From Deltaproteobacteria bacterium (GTDB taxonomy: Bacteria > Desulfobacterota > BSN033 > UBA1163), in NCBI GenBank assembly GCA_037444165.1, contig JBBIMX010000001.1, positions 1,026 through 65,025 on the forward strand: 64,000 bases of DNA, given 5' to 3'. Every line of letters starts with the position of its first letter. The stretch's first letter is position 1. Below, piece by piece: positions 41,963-52,759 of the stretch. The position numbers were made by a program, and so were the translations under genes. Under the pieces are notes generated by a model. The model had not been told where the DNA came from and did no database searches. It saw only the letters and a program-made list of their open reading frames with translations.

Positions 41963-42352
41963 ATGCTTTATAAAATCCTGGCAGATCTTGTCGTCTTCAT
42001 CCATTTTCTCTGGATCCTCTTCCTCTTTTTAGGTACCCTCTGGGGAAGACGAAAAAAGGTTATAAAAATCTTCCATCTCAGCGGTCTTGGTTTTGCTCTC
42101 CTTCTTCAGAGTTCTGGCTGGTATTGCCCTCTCACCTATCTCGAAATCGGGCTGAGATCGAAACACCATCCTGAACTGGCCTATACCAGCTCATTTATCA
42201 TCCACTACATGGAACAATTGATCTATATTGAGATTTCTCCATCTGTGATTCTCATCGTCACCCTTCTCTTATTGGCTTTTCATCTCTGGATTTATCTTCA
42301 AAAATCAGTAAGAATTTCAAAAAAAAGAACCCCTCTGGAGGAAAAACAATGA
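41963..42352 (+). CDS. DUF2784-like small membrane protein
   Basis: 129-aa polytopic protein with a conserved WYCPLTYLE motif. Confidence 0.5.
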   Translation: MLYKILADLVVFIHFLWILFLFLGTLWGRRKKVIKIFHLSGLGFALLLQSSGWYCPLTYLEIGLRSKHHPELAYTSSFIIHYMEQLIYIEISPSVILIVTLLLLAFHLWIYLQKSVRISKKRTPLEEKQ

Positions 42353-43440
42353 AGGTGAGGAATCAAAAGATGCTTGAGCGATTCGAACATCTGGTTCAAA
42401 TCCGGGGAGCAAGCGGTTTTGAAGAGAAAGTCATTGAATTCATCTCAACGGAACTTCAAAAGACCCTTTCTGACGTCTCCATCGATCCAATGGGAAATGT
42501 GGTAGGGAAATTGGGAAAGGGAAAACGATCCATAATGATCTGCTGTCACACCGATGAGGTTGGCTTAATGGTCAAGTATATCGATCCAAGGGGTTACATC
42601 TTTTTTGATCTCAACGGAATGATTGATGAAAGGGTGTTGTTAAGTTGTAAGGTGGATATCTGCTCCGAGAATGGAATCTATACAGGGGTCGTGGGAGTAA
42701 AAAATCCTCATCTGATGGGTCCAGAAGATCTAAAACGTCCTGTTTCGATTTCGGAACTCTGGATCGATGTAGGGGCCGAAAGTGCAGAGGAAGTAAAAGC
42801 CTGGGGAATTGAAATCGGAAACCCCATTGTCTACCACCCCAATCTCCAATGGATCGGAAAGGAGAGCCTCATCAGTAAATCCATTGATAATCGGGCTGGA
42901 TGTGCCATCCTGATCGAACTGGCCCAACGGATGAATCAGGAAAAAATAGACTACCAACTATTTCTCGTAGCCGCGGTCCAGGAGGAAGTTGGATCGAGAG
43001 GGGCAAAGGTTGCGGCTCAAACGCTTCAGCCAGATATCGCCATCATCCTTGATACGGTACCGGCCCGAGATCCAATCACTTCGCCCCAACAAGCCACCGG
43101 CGAGTGCGGAAAAGGGCCAGTGATCCGAACTATGGATACGAAGGGTCTTGGCTTGGGGACAATCTATTCAAAGAAGATTTCAAAAAGACTGACCGAGATA
43201 GCCATCCAAAATCAGATTCCCTATCAAAAAGATATCTTTCAGACCTGGACAGATGCCTCCACGATCCACACTTCGGGAAGAGGAATCCCCTGTGGAGGGG
43301 TGTTTATTCCCAGGCGTTATAGTCATTCACCGAATGAATTGGTAAAATGGTCTGATATAGAAAGAACGTTAGACTTGCTCTATCTGTTTTTAAAGGAACT
43401 CACCTCAGACGAAATCGAAAATCTCTCCCGAAAAATCTGA
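42349..43440 (+). CDS. M42-family metallopeptidase (glutamyl aminopeptidase / FrvX-like)
   Basis: 363 aa with CHTDEVG and M42 motifs. Confidence 0.8.
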   Translation: MKVRNQKMLERFEHLVQIRGASGFEEKVIEFISTELQKTLSDVSIDPMGNVVGKLGKGKRSIMICCHTDEVGLMVKYIDPRGYIFFDLNGMIDERVLLSCKVDICSENGIYTGVVGVKNPHLMGPEDLKRPVSISELWIDVGAESAEEVKAWGIEIGNPIVYHPNLQWIGKESLISKSIDNRAGCAILIELAQRMNQEKIDYQLFLVAAVQEEVGSRGAKVAAQTLQPDIAIILDTVPARDPITSPQQATGECGKGPVIRTMDTKGLGLGTIYSKKISKRLTEIAIQNQIPYQKDIFQTWTDASTIHTSGRGIPCGGVFIPRRYSHSPNELVKWSDIERTLDLLYLFLKELTSDEIENLSRKI

Positions 43441-43444
43441 CTCA

Positions 43445-43485
43445 CTTCCCATGACTGTTTGGCCACCCACGAACGATAAAAAATC
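43445..43485. repeat. roughly 40-nt dispersed repeat, copy 1
   Basis: cttcccatgactgtttggccacccacgaacgataaaaaatc is about 85% identical to 60748-60787 in the same orientation. Sits in a convergent intergenic gap. Confidence 0.5.
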
Positions 43486-43489
43486 TCCC

Positions 43490-44077
43490 TTATCTTAATC
43501 CATCCTCTTTTTTAGCCTCTTCTTTCTTGAGTCCACCGATCCTCGGGTGAGGTCGCCCGGAGTCTGTGACGACAATGGCCACCAAGATCTCATCGGATCG
43601 AGGAGCATCTGGAACTTTCACCGTCATCGCATCAAAATGAGATCTGACAAAAGCGGCATCTTTATAATGGAGAGGAACATCGATTTCTGTGCCTGGGCCA
43701 CCCATCTTTTTGGCTGATGGGATAATCGCTTTTCCACCTCCGACCGCCTCCCTCAGAGGTCCTCCTAATTTCGGATGCAGGATAGCGGCGGCATGTTCCA
43801 GCTCTCCATCCACTCCAACAATGGCTGCCTTCCCGTAACTCTCAGCATTCTTGGGAGAGATGTTTAATGCCTCCACTGCTCTCTTTCCAAGAATCCCTCC
43901 CAATTCCTCACCCATATCGATCAAAGGGGTTAAGTCTTCTACATATTTTCCCGCAAAGGGATTCTTGATCACGGCAATGGCTGCTGCCTTCCGTGTGGGT
44001 GGATCAACCTTCTTTCCTCCCTCGAGATGTGTTTCTTCTACGATCGTCACATATTTTCTTACCTCCATCTTATACAC
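43490..44077 (-). CDS. 'amino acid synthesis' family protein (DUF1185-like)
   Basis: 195 aa; family assignment from recalled sequence pattern (Gly-rich ...VGVDGELEHAAAILHPKLGGPLREA...). Uncertain. Confidence 0.45.
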   Translation of the reverse strand: MYKMEVRKYVTIVEETHLEGGKKVDPPTRKAAAIAVIKNPFAGKYVEDLTPLIDMGEELGGILGKRAVEALNISPKNAESYGKAAIVGVDGELEHAAAILHPKLGGPLREAVGGGKAIIPSAKKMGGPGTEIDVPLHYKDAAFVRSHFDAMTVKVPDAPRSDEILVAIVVTDSGRPHPRIGGLKKEEAKKEDGLR

Positions 44078-44124
44078 CTCCCATCCGTTCGTTTAGAGTA
44101 TAGGACAGAATGCAAAACAAAGAC

Positions 44125-44994
44125 CTATAAAACGGTTAACCAAGAATTCATCGATTCTGTCCATCCCACCTTTCCTTGAACCGAAATGAGGGCTCCTTTA
44201 ATTAAACCCTTTTGGTACAATAGGTCTGCTTTTGATAGGCCCGCTCTTAAGGCCTCTCCAATCTTTTCTTGAGAGAGTTCGCCCACCTCTACGGTAACCC
44301 ACTCTCCCTTAAGATCGGTATCCGGATAGATTTTCTCGGCAGGAAGCCTGAGGATATTGGAATCCTCAATATTGGTAAAGTTCCCAATGGTCGTTGCAGC
44401 CGCATCGGCCAGGGATGCGGTCTCTGCAACGACAGTGGCTGCCTGGGCAATCCCTTTCGTAAAACTTCTTCCTCCCAGTCCACTGGTAGCCACCCCTCCT
44501 ATCTTCATCGTGGAATCAATAGAAAGAAGATAGGCAGGTGTCGGTGCCTCGATCTCTGTCTTTATCCCAACCTTGGCCACTTCATTTTCCCTCAATCGAA
44601 TGGCAATATCCCCACCATTGTCCACGATGATCTTACTCCCCCCTCGAGTAAAAATAAAATCGGCCACCACATCCGAAACCGCCCCGGCGACAGCAGCCAG
44701 AGGGGTTAAATCTGCCTCCCCCATCTTTTGAGTGGCCCCAACCATTCTTTGAACCACCTCAGGGAACCTCTTTCTTCCCTTCAATTCTAAGGATTTCCTT
44801 TTTATCACAGGAAGAAATCTTGCTAAGTCCTTAAGAACTGCGATGGCCAATTGAGCTCCCTCTTTAGCCAATGGGATAAGGGTTCGATCTCCTTCCAATA
44901 CCCGTATCCATATCCGCATCGGGCCGTAATCCACCCAGACACTTCCGTCCGATAAGATTTGAATTGGATCATTTACGGTTTCTTTCCTTTTCAC
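44125..44994 (-). CDS. UPF0280 / ApbE-like family protein
   Basis: 289 aa, Gly/Ala-rich core (GATSGLGGRSFTKGIAQAATVVAETASLADAAATTIG). Co-occurs with the adjacent Hnr-like gene. Confidence 0.45.
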   Translation of the reverse strand: MKRKETVNDPIQILSDGSVWVDYGPMRIWIRVLEGDRTLIPLAKEGAQLAIAVLKDLARFLPVIKRKSLELKGRKRFPEVVQRMVGATQKMGEADLTPLAAVAGAVSDVVADFIFTRGGSKIIVDNGGDIAIRLRENEVAKVGIKTEIEAPTPAYLLSIDSTMKIGGVATSGLGGRSFTKGIAQAATVVAETASLADAAATTIGNFTNIEDSNILRLPAEKIYPDTDLKGEWVTVEVGELSQEKIGEALRAGLSKADLLYQKGLIKGALISVQGKVGWTESMNSWLTVL

Positions 44995-46528
44995 CTTTCT
45001 TCTTTTCCTCTATCTCCTTTAGGACCTCTTCCAATCTTCTTATTTTCTCACGATGGCCTCCCATCTCGATATAGTCATCTAATCTCATCGTATATTCGAG
45101 GGGAACGACCGTAGCCGGGGTGGGAACATAGGTAAAGGCCCTTACCATCACCTTCTCCACATCAACCAAAAAAGTGATTCCCCCACCTGGGAGAATATAA
45201 GTCGGTGCCCCTCCTACAGTTAACCTTGCCCGATTCTGATGGATCGCCTGATTTAATTTCAAAGGAATCTTTGTTACCCCCGCCCTCGCACTTCCACCTG
45301 CCCCTCCAATAAAGACGGCTGAAACTCTTGAGCCCTCGCAGTGAGAAGCGATCATCTCTACTGCAATCTTAGCCTTCGGGGTTAATTCGATCTGTTCAAA
45401 CTTCCCATTTTCCCCAAGGCGAAACATCGCTGCTCTTTCCCCTGTCGTTTCCGTAATCAAGAGAGTCATTCCTAATTGAGCGATCTTCGAATCCACACCT
45501 TCTATAATATCGAGGGGATTCTCAATATTGGTTCCTCCCCAGCCCTTGCCATGTTCTCCAAAATAGCGACCCGGAGTGGATTGCCTTGCCTTCAATTTGA
45601 TGCCGCTATAACGGGCACCCAATTCTCTCCCTGCAGCATGCTCTGTAAAAAGCCCTATAAGATGGGAGTCAAGGACAATCACCTCATCGGCCGCCTCCAA
45701 GAAATATCCTCCAAAAAGACCCATAGAGGCACTTCCACAACCCACCCGCATCTTTGTCCCTATTCTCCCATTGATCACCGGGGGTTTCCCTACTTGAAGA
45801 ATCAACTCCGCTCCTTCTTTGACATTAAGTTTCACCTCTTTCCGATTGGCCATATCCGAGATCAGTTTGGCCACCACAATTCCATCCTGACCGGTGAGAA
45901 GATTCACTCCTCCGAGCGAGAGGATCTTTGAGCCATACTCTTCGGTACAGACGTGCCCTACTTTCCTCTTTCCGATAAGCACAGGGGCCCCTTCCTCCCC
46001 GATATGAATATCGGTATCGATCTTTACCTTAATTCCGCTGTAACTGAGAGGAGCTTCGGTGACCACTGTCACCACATCCACTCCTTCGACTTTGGATTGG
46101 ACAATGTAAGGCGCGGGTTTAGTATCGGGATAAGTCGTCCCTGCGCCGATTCCTGTGATCAGGGGTTTCCGAATAGCCTCCTCATGATCCTTGCCGACAA
46201 TCCCTGAAACATCCTCATAACGTTGAAGAGGAATGTTCCGAATGAGCTCTCCATTCCGATTGATAAATCTTTGGCAGGCCCCAGTATATCCCTCTAAAAT
46301 GAGACACTGAATCGGACAGGAAAAACATCTTACCCTTCTCTCCTTGTGGAGAGAGTCAGAGAGAATGGCCTCTTTTGGGCAGACCTTTGTACAAGCCTTA
46401 CACTCTACACAGGCCTCCGAGATCAAGGCCTTTTTCTTTTTACCTTTTTTAACCAATTGGATGGCTTGAATTGGACAGGTCTCCACACATAAACCACAAC
46501 CCACACAGGTTTCCCAGTCTACAATCAT
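44969..46528 (-). CDS. 6-hydroxynicotinate reductase-like ferredoxin-domain protein
   Basis: N-terminal 2x[4Fe-4S] motifs (CVGCGLCVETCP and CVECKACTKVCP) plus a large C-terminal domain; 519 aa. Confidence 0.5.
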   Translation of the reverse strand: MIVDWETCVGCGLCVETCPIQAIQLVKKGKKKKALISEACVECKACTKVCPKEAILSDSLHKERRVRCFSCPIQCLILEGYTGACQRFINRNGELIRNIPLQRYEDVSGIVGKDHEEAIRKPLITGIGAGTTYPDTKPAPYIVQSKVEGVDVVTVVTEAPLSYSGIKVKIDTDIHIGEEGAPVLIGKRKVGHVCTEEYGSKILSLGGVNLLTGQDGIVVAKLISDMANRKEVKLNVKEGAELILQVGKPPVINGRIGTKMRVGCGSASMGLFGGYFLEAADEVIVLDSHLIGLFTEHAAGRELGARYSGIKLKARQSTPGRYFGEHGKGWGGTNIENPLDIIEGVDSKIAQLGMTLLITETTGERAAMFRLGENGKFEQIELTPKAKIAVEMIASHCEGSRVSAVFIGGAGGSARAGVTKIPLKLNQAIHQNRARLTVGGAPTYILPGGGITFLVDVEKVMVRAFTYVPTPATVVPLEYTMRLDDYIEMGGHREKIRRLEEVLKEIEEKKKGEKERNRK

Positions 46529-46529
46529 T

Positions 46530-47699
46530 TCAAACTCTCTTGGTAAGTGTAATTTTGCGATTGGGTGGTGGAGTGTTTCGACTCACGCCAATCTTCATCT
46601 CCCCATCAATTAATACACCTGCAATCCCGGGGATATCTCCCGCTTCGATAGCCGAGAGGGCATCTTTTCCCACCGATCCCATGGGAGCATCCATGATCAC
46701 AAGATCAGCTTCTCTTCCTACCTCTATCCTTCCCCGATTGAGTCGATAAACCCTCGCTGTATTCCCCGTAGCCATTGCAACGGCCTCTTCTGCCTTTACC
46801 CCGCAAAGGGAGGAAATAAAATTGATCACTCTGAGAATTCCTAAAGGGATGACTCCCGTTCCAGAAGGTGCATCGTTTCCAATAATGACCCTTGAATAGG
46901 CTTTCACTTCTTTTATGATTTTCATGCACTCAACGATCATCTTAGGATTTCCACAATGGACGATCTCGATGGCAAAAGAGGTGCCTCGAATGAGTTTCTC
47001 TGCCTCTCCAATTGGAATGGCAGTGGGACCTCCATTGATATGGGAGACAATATCTGGGTCAGCCGCCATTACATCCGCCGCCGGAACCGTGGTGCTTCCT
47101 GGAATAGAGGTTCCCCCTGTATGCATCATCACAACCATTCCATATTTCTTTGCCCATTTGACCATAGGGGCAGCCTCTCGAGGGGTTTTCACCCCTCCCA
47201 ATCCAATCTCTCCGACCACTCGCACTCCTTCCTTTGCCAATTCCTCAAAATCTTTCTCTTGAAGTCCTGGCTCAAGGATCAGACCTCCTCCAACGACTTT
47301 GACCCCCGCAGGTCTTGCACTGGCAAACGATTTGGCCGCCAGAATGGCCAATGCCTTGGTTCCAGCTACATCCTTGGGTCTTCCCGGGAGGTGAACCTCA
47401 CCAGCAGAGATCATGGTGGTGACCCCTCCATGAAGAGAAGATTCAATATAGTCAAGCATCTTCTGCCGGGGGGTAAAATCTCCAAAAACGGGATGGCAAT
47501 GAGAATCAATAAGCCCTGGAGTCAGGGTCATACCCTGAATATCCAAGACTTGTTCCACCCCTTTCATATCCATCTCCTTTTCTTCTCCAATGGCTTGAAT
47601 CAAACCTCCTTCAATCAGAAGGGCATTGGCTTTCAAAATAGGATTTGAAATATCTCCAGAGACCAGCGTTCCGATATTCTTAATCAATAGGGCTCCCAT
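46530..47699 (-). CDS. amidohydrolase-superfamily protein, enamidase-like
   Basis: GLIDSHCHP metal-binding motif; about 390 aa. Start placed at MGALLIKNIG. Confidence 0.65.
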   Translation of the reverse strand: MGALLIKNIGTLVSGDISNPILKANALLIEGGLIQAIGEEKEMDMKGVEQVLDIQGMTLTPGLIDSHCHPVFGDFTPRQKMLDYIESSLHGGVTTMISAGEVHLPGRPKDVAGTKALAILAAKSFASARPAGVKVVGGGLILEPGLQEKDFEELAKEGVRVVGEIGLGGVKTPREAAPMVKWAKKYGMVVMMHTGGTSIPGSTTVPAADVMAADPDIVSHINGGPTAIPIGEAEKLIRGTSFAIEIVHCGNPKMIVECMKIIKEVKAYSRVIIGNDAPSGTGVIPLGILRVINFISSLCGVKAEEAVAMATGNTARVYRLNRGRIEVGREADLVIMDAPMGSVGKDALSAIEAGDIPGIAGVLIDGEMKIGVSRNTPPPNRKITLTKRV

Positions 47700-47700
47700 T

Positions 47701-49944
47701 TTAATCCTCCTTCTTAGCTTTTTGGACGGCTTCCAGGACCCTCTCCAGATTTGCTGGGAGATGGTAAATCCTCTCTCCAATGGCATCAGCGATTGCATTC
47801 AAAATGGCTGGGGCCGAAGGAATGAGGGCGGGTTCTCCCACCCCTTTGGCCCCAAAAGGACCACTCGGTTCCTGATCTTCCACCAAAATAGGAATCACTT
47901 CGGGAATATCCTTGGAGGTGGGGATAAGATAATTAACGAAAGAGATAGTCCTTCCAGGGTCATACTCCTCCATTAAAGCAAACCCAACCCCCATCGCCAC
48001 TCCTCCGATAATCTGGCCGATTACATTGTTTGGATGAATCGCTCTTCCCACATCGTGGCATGCGATCACCCGAAGGACCTTTACCTTTCCCGTCTCGATA
48101 TCGACCTCCACTTCAGCCAGGTGGGTGGCAAAGGCATAAGTCGCATAAGGGCTCCCCTGTCCTGTTTCTGGATCCAGTCTTGTCGTTTCTGGATCGAAAT
48201 GACCTTCTCCTCTGATGGTCTTCCCAGTTCTCCTCGCAACTTCTTGGATGGGTAAACCCAAGCATAGTTTCTGCCGATGCTTCACCAATCCATCCTCCAC
48301 AAAAAGGTCCTTCTCCTCTTCATTGAGAAGGGAGCTTGCCTCCTGAAGAACCTTTTTCTTAAGGTTCCCTATCGCATTGAGAATGGCATTGCCTGTAATA
48401 TAAGTCTGACGACTTGCAGAGGTTGCGCCTGTATCGGTAGTGAGGAAAGTATCGGCCCTGATGAGTTGAATCTCCTTTAATTCAATCCCTAAAGCTTCGG
48501 AGGCAATCTGAAGAAGAACGGTGTCTGAACCCTGTCCAATATCGGCCACTCCGATATAAAGGATGATTTCTCCTTTTGGAGAAAGTTCTATCTGTGCTGT
48601 GGATGGATTTGCCATCCCAGTATTTCCGATCCCGTACCACATTGAACCAATCCCGATGCCCCTTCGGATAAAGGGTCTTTTTGAATCCAAGGGGGAAGGC
48701 AAAATTTTCCTTCGCCACTCTTCGATCCTCTCTAATGTCTTTCGAATTCCCACACTTGCCCTGAGGACCTGACCCGTCGCTGTCTCACTCCCAATTTGAA
48801 GGGCATTGATTTTTCTTATTTCTAAGGGATCCATCTTTAAGGCTTGAGCCAAAAGATCCATCTGGGACTCATGGGCAAAAGCGATCTGGGGTACTCCGAA
48901 TCCTCTCATCGCCCCCGACCATGGGTTATTGGTGTAAGCCATTCGGCTTCTGACCTTCACATGGGGGACTTGATAGGGACCAGTCGCATGAACTGCTGCC
49001 CTGATGGCAACGGTTGTCCCATAGGAGGCATAAGCCCCCGTATCCCCTAAAATATCCACCTCCACGGCAGTGAGTCTTCCATCCTTTCTTGCTCCACTCC
49101 GATAATGAATCTTCAAGGGATGTCGTTTAGAGATCACCTGAAAGACTTCTTCTCGAGTATATACCATTTTGACAGGTCTTTTTAGGTGAAAAGCGGCCAA
49201 GGCTAAAAAACATTGAATTGTGATATCGAGCCTTCCTCCAAAGGCACCCCCTGTGGTGGACTGAATGATCCTTACCCTCTCGAAGGGCAAGTTAAGAAAG
49301 GAGGCCACCTCCCTCTGATCGTAATGCACATTCTGGGTGGGACAGATGATCACCAGTCTCTCCTCTTCATCCCAATACGCCACCCCTCCATCGGGTTCTA
49401 AATAGGCATGATCAACCCAGGTCGTTGTATAAGTGTTTTCTATGATGACTTCTGCCTCTTTGAATCCAACCTGGATATCCCCCTTGACGAGATTAAACTC
49501 TACAAGCAAATTTCCCTTTTCATGGATAGGAGGAGCGAATGGCTGAAGCGCTTCCTCGGGAGTCTTTATGGAAGGAAGTTCCTCATAGGTCACCTTTATT
49601 TTCTGAGAGGCCTCTTCCGTAGCTTCGACTGTTTCTCCCGCAACAAGGGCGATGGGATCCCCCACATACCTTACGCGATCTAAAGCGAGGACAGGCTGGT
49701 CCTTCTGGATGATTCCAATCCGATTCCTTCCAGGGATGTCCTTTGCGGTAAAGATTCTTTCGACCCCTTTAACCTGGAGGGCTTCTTCTAATTCGACTTT
49801 TACTATCTTAGCATGGGGTTTATCACTTCGAACAACTTTGAGATAAAGGGGATTGGGGATGCAGTAATCCCCTCCATATCGTGAAGCTCCTAATACTTTA
49901 TCCAGAGCATCTAACTTTAAGACATTTACTCCAATCTTCTTCAT
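47701..49944 (-). CDS. xanthine dehydrogenase-family molybdopterin-binding large subunit
   Basis: 747 aa with aldehyde oxidase/xanthine dehydrogenase a/b hammerhead and MoCo-binding domains. Confidence 0.85.
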   Translation of the reverse strand: MKKIGVNVLKLDALDKVLGASRYGGDYCIPNPLYLKVVRSDKPHAKIVKVELEEALQVKGVERIFTAKDIPGRNRIGIIQKDQPVLALDRVRYVGDPIALVAGETVEATEEASQKIKVTYEELPSIKTPEEALQPFAPPIHEKGNLLVEFNLVKGDIQVGFKEAEVIIENTYTTTWVDHAYLEPDGGVAYWDEEERLVIICPTQNVHYDQREVASFLNLPFERVRIIQSTTGGAFGGRLDITIQCFLALAAFHLKRPVKMVYTREEVFQVISKRHPLKIHYRSGARKDGRLTAVEVDILGDTGAYASYGTTVAIRAAVHATGPYQVPHVKVRSRMAYTNNPWSGAMRGFGVPQIAFAHESQMDLLAQALKMDPLEIRKINALQIGSETATGQVLRASVGIRKTLERIEEWRRKILPSPLDSKRPFIRRGIGIGSMWYGIGNTGMANPSTAQIELSPKGEIILYIGVADIGQGSDTVLLQIASEALGIELKEIQLIRADTFLTTDTGATSASRQTYITGNAILNAIGNLKKKVLQEASSLLNEEEKDLFVEDGLVKHRQKLCLGLPIQEVARRTGKTIRGEGHFDPETTRLDPETGQGSPYATYAFATHLAEVEVDIETGKVKVLRVIACHDVGRAIHPNNVIGQIIGGVAMGVGFALMEEYDPGRTISFVNYLIPTSKDIPEVIPILVEDQEPSGPFGAKGVGEPALIPSAPAILNAIADAIGERIYHLPANLERVLEAVQKAKKED

Positions 49945-50804
49945 TGGAGATTCTCAAAGGCCTGCTGAATTGCTCTCATTACCAGGGCCTTTACTACAGG
50001 TGATTTATAAGAAGTGGAGGGGCGAACTCCACTTCGTAAAACCATCTCTGAAGAAGTCTTTTCAGAGGCCACTCTTAACCGTTCAAGATCAAAGGGCTGA
50101 TCCTCTAAGAAAGATTCTGCTTCCTTCATTCTTTGAGGAGTAGGAGTGATTGCTCCTACCGAGATTCTAACCTGTTTCATCCTAATTCCCTCTCTTTGAA
50201 GCAAGACAGCGATACTCATTCTGGCTATAGCCATCCCATCTCGCCTGGCCAATCGGATAAAAGATCCTTTCATATGTGGATGGAGTTTCTTAAACGAGAT
50301 GGAAACTAAAATCTCATGGGGAAGCAGGGTGCTCCGATAAGGGCCTTGGATAAGGGACTCAATAGGGACCTCTTTCTCTCCTTCTTTGGATACGACTTTC
50401 CCCATCGCCTCCAATACCATCAGAGGAGGAAGTGTATCTGCCGCAGGGGAGGCATTAACAACATTCCCTCCAATCGTTCCAGTATTTCTGATCTGGGGAG
50501 ATCCTATCTGGGAGGCTGCCTCTGAGAGTATTTTCCCATAGGTGTTTATGATAGGGGAGACGGCAATTTCGGAATGGGTGACTGCCCCTCCAATAGAAAT
50601 GGCCCCATCTTTCTCCTCTATTTTTCTAAGTTCCGCAATACGGGTAATATCAATAAGAAACTCAGGCCTGAGGAGTCCATTTCGAAGAGCAATGATCAGA
50701 TCCGTTCCCCCTGCGATCACCTTTGCCTTCTCTCTGTAATCCCACAAAAGATCGCAGGCCTCTTTGAGGTTTTTCGGAATTTTATACTGAAATGGAGGGA
50801 TCAT
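49941..50804 (-). CDS. molybdenum hydroxylase FAD-binding subunit (CoxM/XdhB-like)
   Basis: 287 aa with VIAGGTDL FAD-binding motif; translationally coupled to its neighbours. Confidence 0.8.
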   Translation of the reverse strand: MIPPFQYKIPKNLKEACDLLWDYREKAKVIAGGTDLIIALRNGLLRPEFLIDITRIAELRKIEEKDGAISIGGAVTHSEIAVSPIINTYGKILSEAASQIGSPQIRNTGTIGGNVVNASPAADTLPPLMVLEAMGKVVSKEGEKEVPIESLIQGPYRSTLLPHEILVSISFKKLHPHMKGSFIRLARRDGMAIARMSIAVLLQREGIRMKQVRISVGAITPTPQRMKEAESFLEDQPFDLERLRVASEKTSSEMVLRSGVRPSTSYKSPVVKALVMRAIQQAFENLQ

Positions 50805-51254
50805 CTATTTTCCAACCGCTTCAATTGCTTCCATGATCTGCTGGTATCCTGTACAACGACAAAGATTCCCTGAAATAGCCTCTTTTATCTCTTCTCGAGT
50901 TGGCTTCGGGTTTTTCTCCAATAAGGCTTTCGCAGACATTAACATTCCCGGGGTACAGAATCCACACTGAACAGCCCCATGCTCAATAAAAGACCTCTGT
51001 AAAGGATGAAGAGATTCCCTGCTTCCGAGTCCTTCCACTGTCTCAACCCGCCTTCCTTCAACTTTGGGGACTAAAATGAGACAGGAGTTAACGGCCAATC
51101 CATCCAGCAAGACCGTGCAGGCACCGCATTCGCCAATCCCACAGCCCTCTTTGGTGCCTGTCAATCCGAGTTTTTCTCTAAGGAGGCGAAGAAGGGTCCA
51201 GTGAGGAGGAACCTCTACCTCGATCTCTTTTCCATTAAGAACGAATCGAATCAT
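50805..51254 (-). CDS. molybdenum hydroxylase [2Fe-2S] small subunit
   Basis: 149 aa with CGIGECGACTV and CGFCTPG motifs. Confidence 0.85.
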   Translation of the reverse strand: MIRFVLNGKEIEVEVPPHWTLLRLLREKLGLTGTKEGCGIGECGACTVLLDGLAVNSCLILVPKVEGRRVETVEGLGSRESLHPLQRSFIEHGAVQCGFCTPGMLMSAKALLEKNPKPTREEIKEAISGNLCRCTGYQQIMEAIEAVGK

Positions 51255-52739
51255 CTAAACCCACCTTGCCACAACGGTCTTTTCATCCATAAACATTCTC
51301 ATGGAGGCCATTCGAGATTTGGCTGTTCCCACAAAAGATTCTCTTCTTGACCCGAGGGGAAAGAAAGCATAGGGTTGGGCCACCCCCACATTTACCCCTA
51401 CGTTCCCCACATTGACCTCTCGAATGAATTTTCTTGCATTCCTTCCGTCCCTGGTCATGATACAGGCTGTATGACCCAGGTTCGTTTTCGAGTTAATCCA
51501 CTCGATGGCCTGATCAAGGCTCTCGCCTCGAATCAAAGCAGCAACAGGACCAAAGGCCTCCTCCTTGGCCATAGACATGTCAACATTGACATCTTCAAGA
51601 ATGGTTGGGCCCAGAAAATAACCTTTCGGATAATCCTTTACTATTACACCTCTTCCATCAAGAACCATCTTTGCTCCTTCCGATAGCGATGTCTCGATCC
51701 AATTGAGCACTTTCTCCTTTCCCGCCTGAGTCGTCATCGGCCCCAATTCTGTTTCCGTATCCAGTCCGTATCCCAATTTCATCCTTGAAGCCGCCTCTTT
51801 GAAACGTCTTTTCACTTCATCATAAATGGGGCCAATGATGACAACATTGTCGACCCCCAGGCATCGTTGCCCTGACATCCCAAAGCATCCCCTGAGGAGC
51901 CATTGAATCCCTTGATCAAGATCGGCATCAGGCATGATCACCACATGGTTCTTCCCATTCCCATTGATAGAAGAAGTCTTCTTGAGTTTTCCGCAAATAT
52001 CAAAAAGTTCATGTCCAGCTCGATTCGAACCAATAAAGCCGACTCCCTTGACCTCGGGTTGAGAAAGGATCTCCTTATTAATCGTCCTTCCTCCATGAAT
52101 GAGATTTAGAACTCCTGGAGGAAATCCTGCTTCCTGGGCCACTTTAGTAATCGCTTCGGAGGCAACCGGGCATTGCCTGCTCGGACTGATGACCATGGTG
52201 CAACCCGCAGCTAACCCGTAAGGAACAAAAGAGGACCAGGCATGCATGGGAATATTACCAGGTGTAATGATTAGGAACACGCCCAAGGGTTCCCAAATGA
52301 GATATTGATCGATTCCATCTGCCACCTGATCCATATGTTCATTCCTCTTGGCCAACCCATAAAGAGCAGAACAGGCGGATTCAATATTTTCAATCACCCT
52401 TCGGACAGATCCTCTGGCCTCATCAATCGTTCTTCCATGATCCTGAACAAGAATTCGGGAGAGCTCCTCAAAATGTTCTTCAAACTTTGCCCTCATATCA
52501 AATAGGAGGCGGGCTCGATCCCTAAGGGGAACCTCCCTCCATTCCTTGAAGGCCTTGTGGGCCGCTTCTACAGCCATTCTTGCCTCTTCCTTCGTCGCCT
52601 CTGGAAATTCTGAAATGACTTCATCAGTAGCAGGATTGGTATTGGTGTGGATGAGGGTTGATTTCGATTCTATCCATTCTCCGTTGATTAAAAATCTTTG
52701 CTTGCCATAATGTTTTTTTACTTCGGACAGTAGGGCCAT
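51255..52739 (-). CDS. aldehyde dehydrogenase, CoA-acylating methylmalonate-semialdehyde dehydrogenase-like
   Basis: 494-aa ALDH with an MmsA-like N-terminus (FLINGEWIESKST...NPATDEVI) and a catalytic Cys region. Confidence 0.7.
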   Translation of the reverse strand: MALLSEVKKHYGKQRFLINGEWIESKSTLIHTNTNPATDEVISEFPEATKEEARMAVEAAHKAFKEWREVPLRDRARLLFDMRAKFEEHFEELSRILVQDHGRTIDEARGSVRRVIENIESACSALYGLAKRNEHMDQVADGIDQYLIWEPLGVFLIITPGNIPMHAWSSFVPYGLAAGCTMVISPSRQCPVASEAITKVAQEAGFPPGVLNLIHGGRTINKEILSQPEVKGVGFIGSNRAGHELFDICGKLKKTSSINGNGKNHVVIMPDADLDQGIQWLLRGCFGMSGQRCLGVDNVVIIGPIYDEVKRRFKEAASRMKLGYGLDTETELGPMTTQAGKEKVLNWIETSLSEGAKMVLDGRGVIVKDYPKGYFLGPTILEDVNVDMSMAKEEAFGPVAALIRGESLDQAIEWINSKTNLGHTACIMTRDGRNARKFIREVNVGNVGVNVGVAQPYAFFPLGSRRESFVGTAKSRMASMRMFMDEKTVVARWV

Positions 52740-52759
52740 CTCTCCTCCTTCTCTTTGAT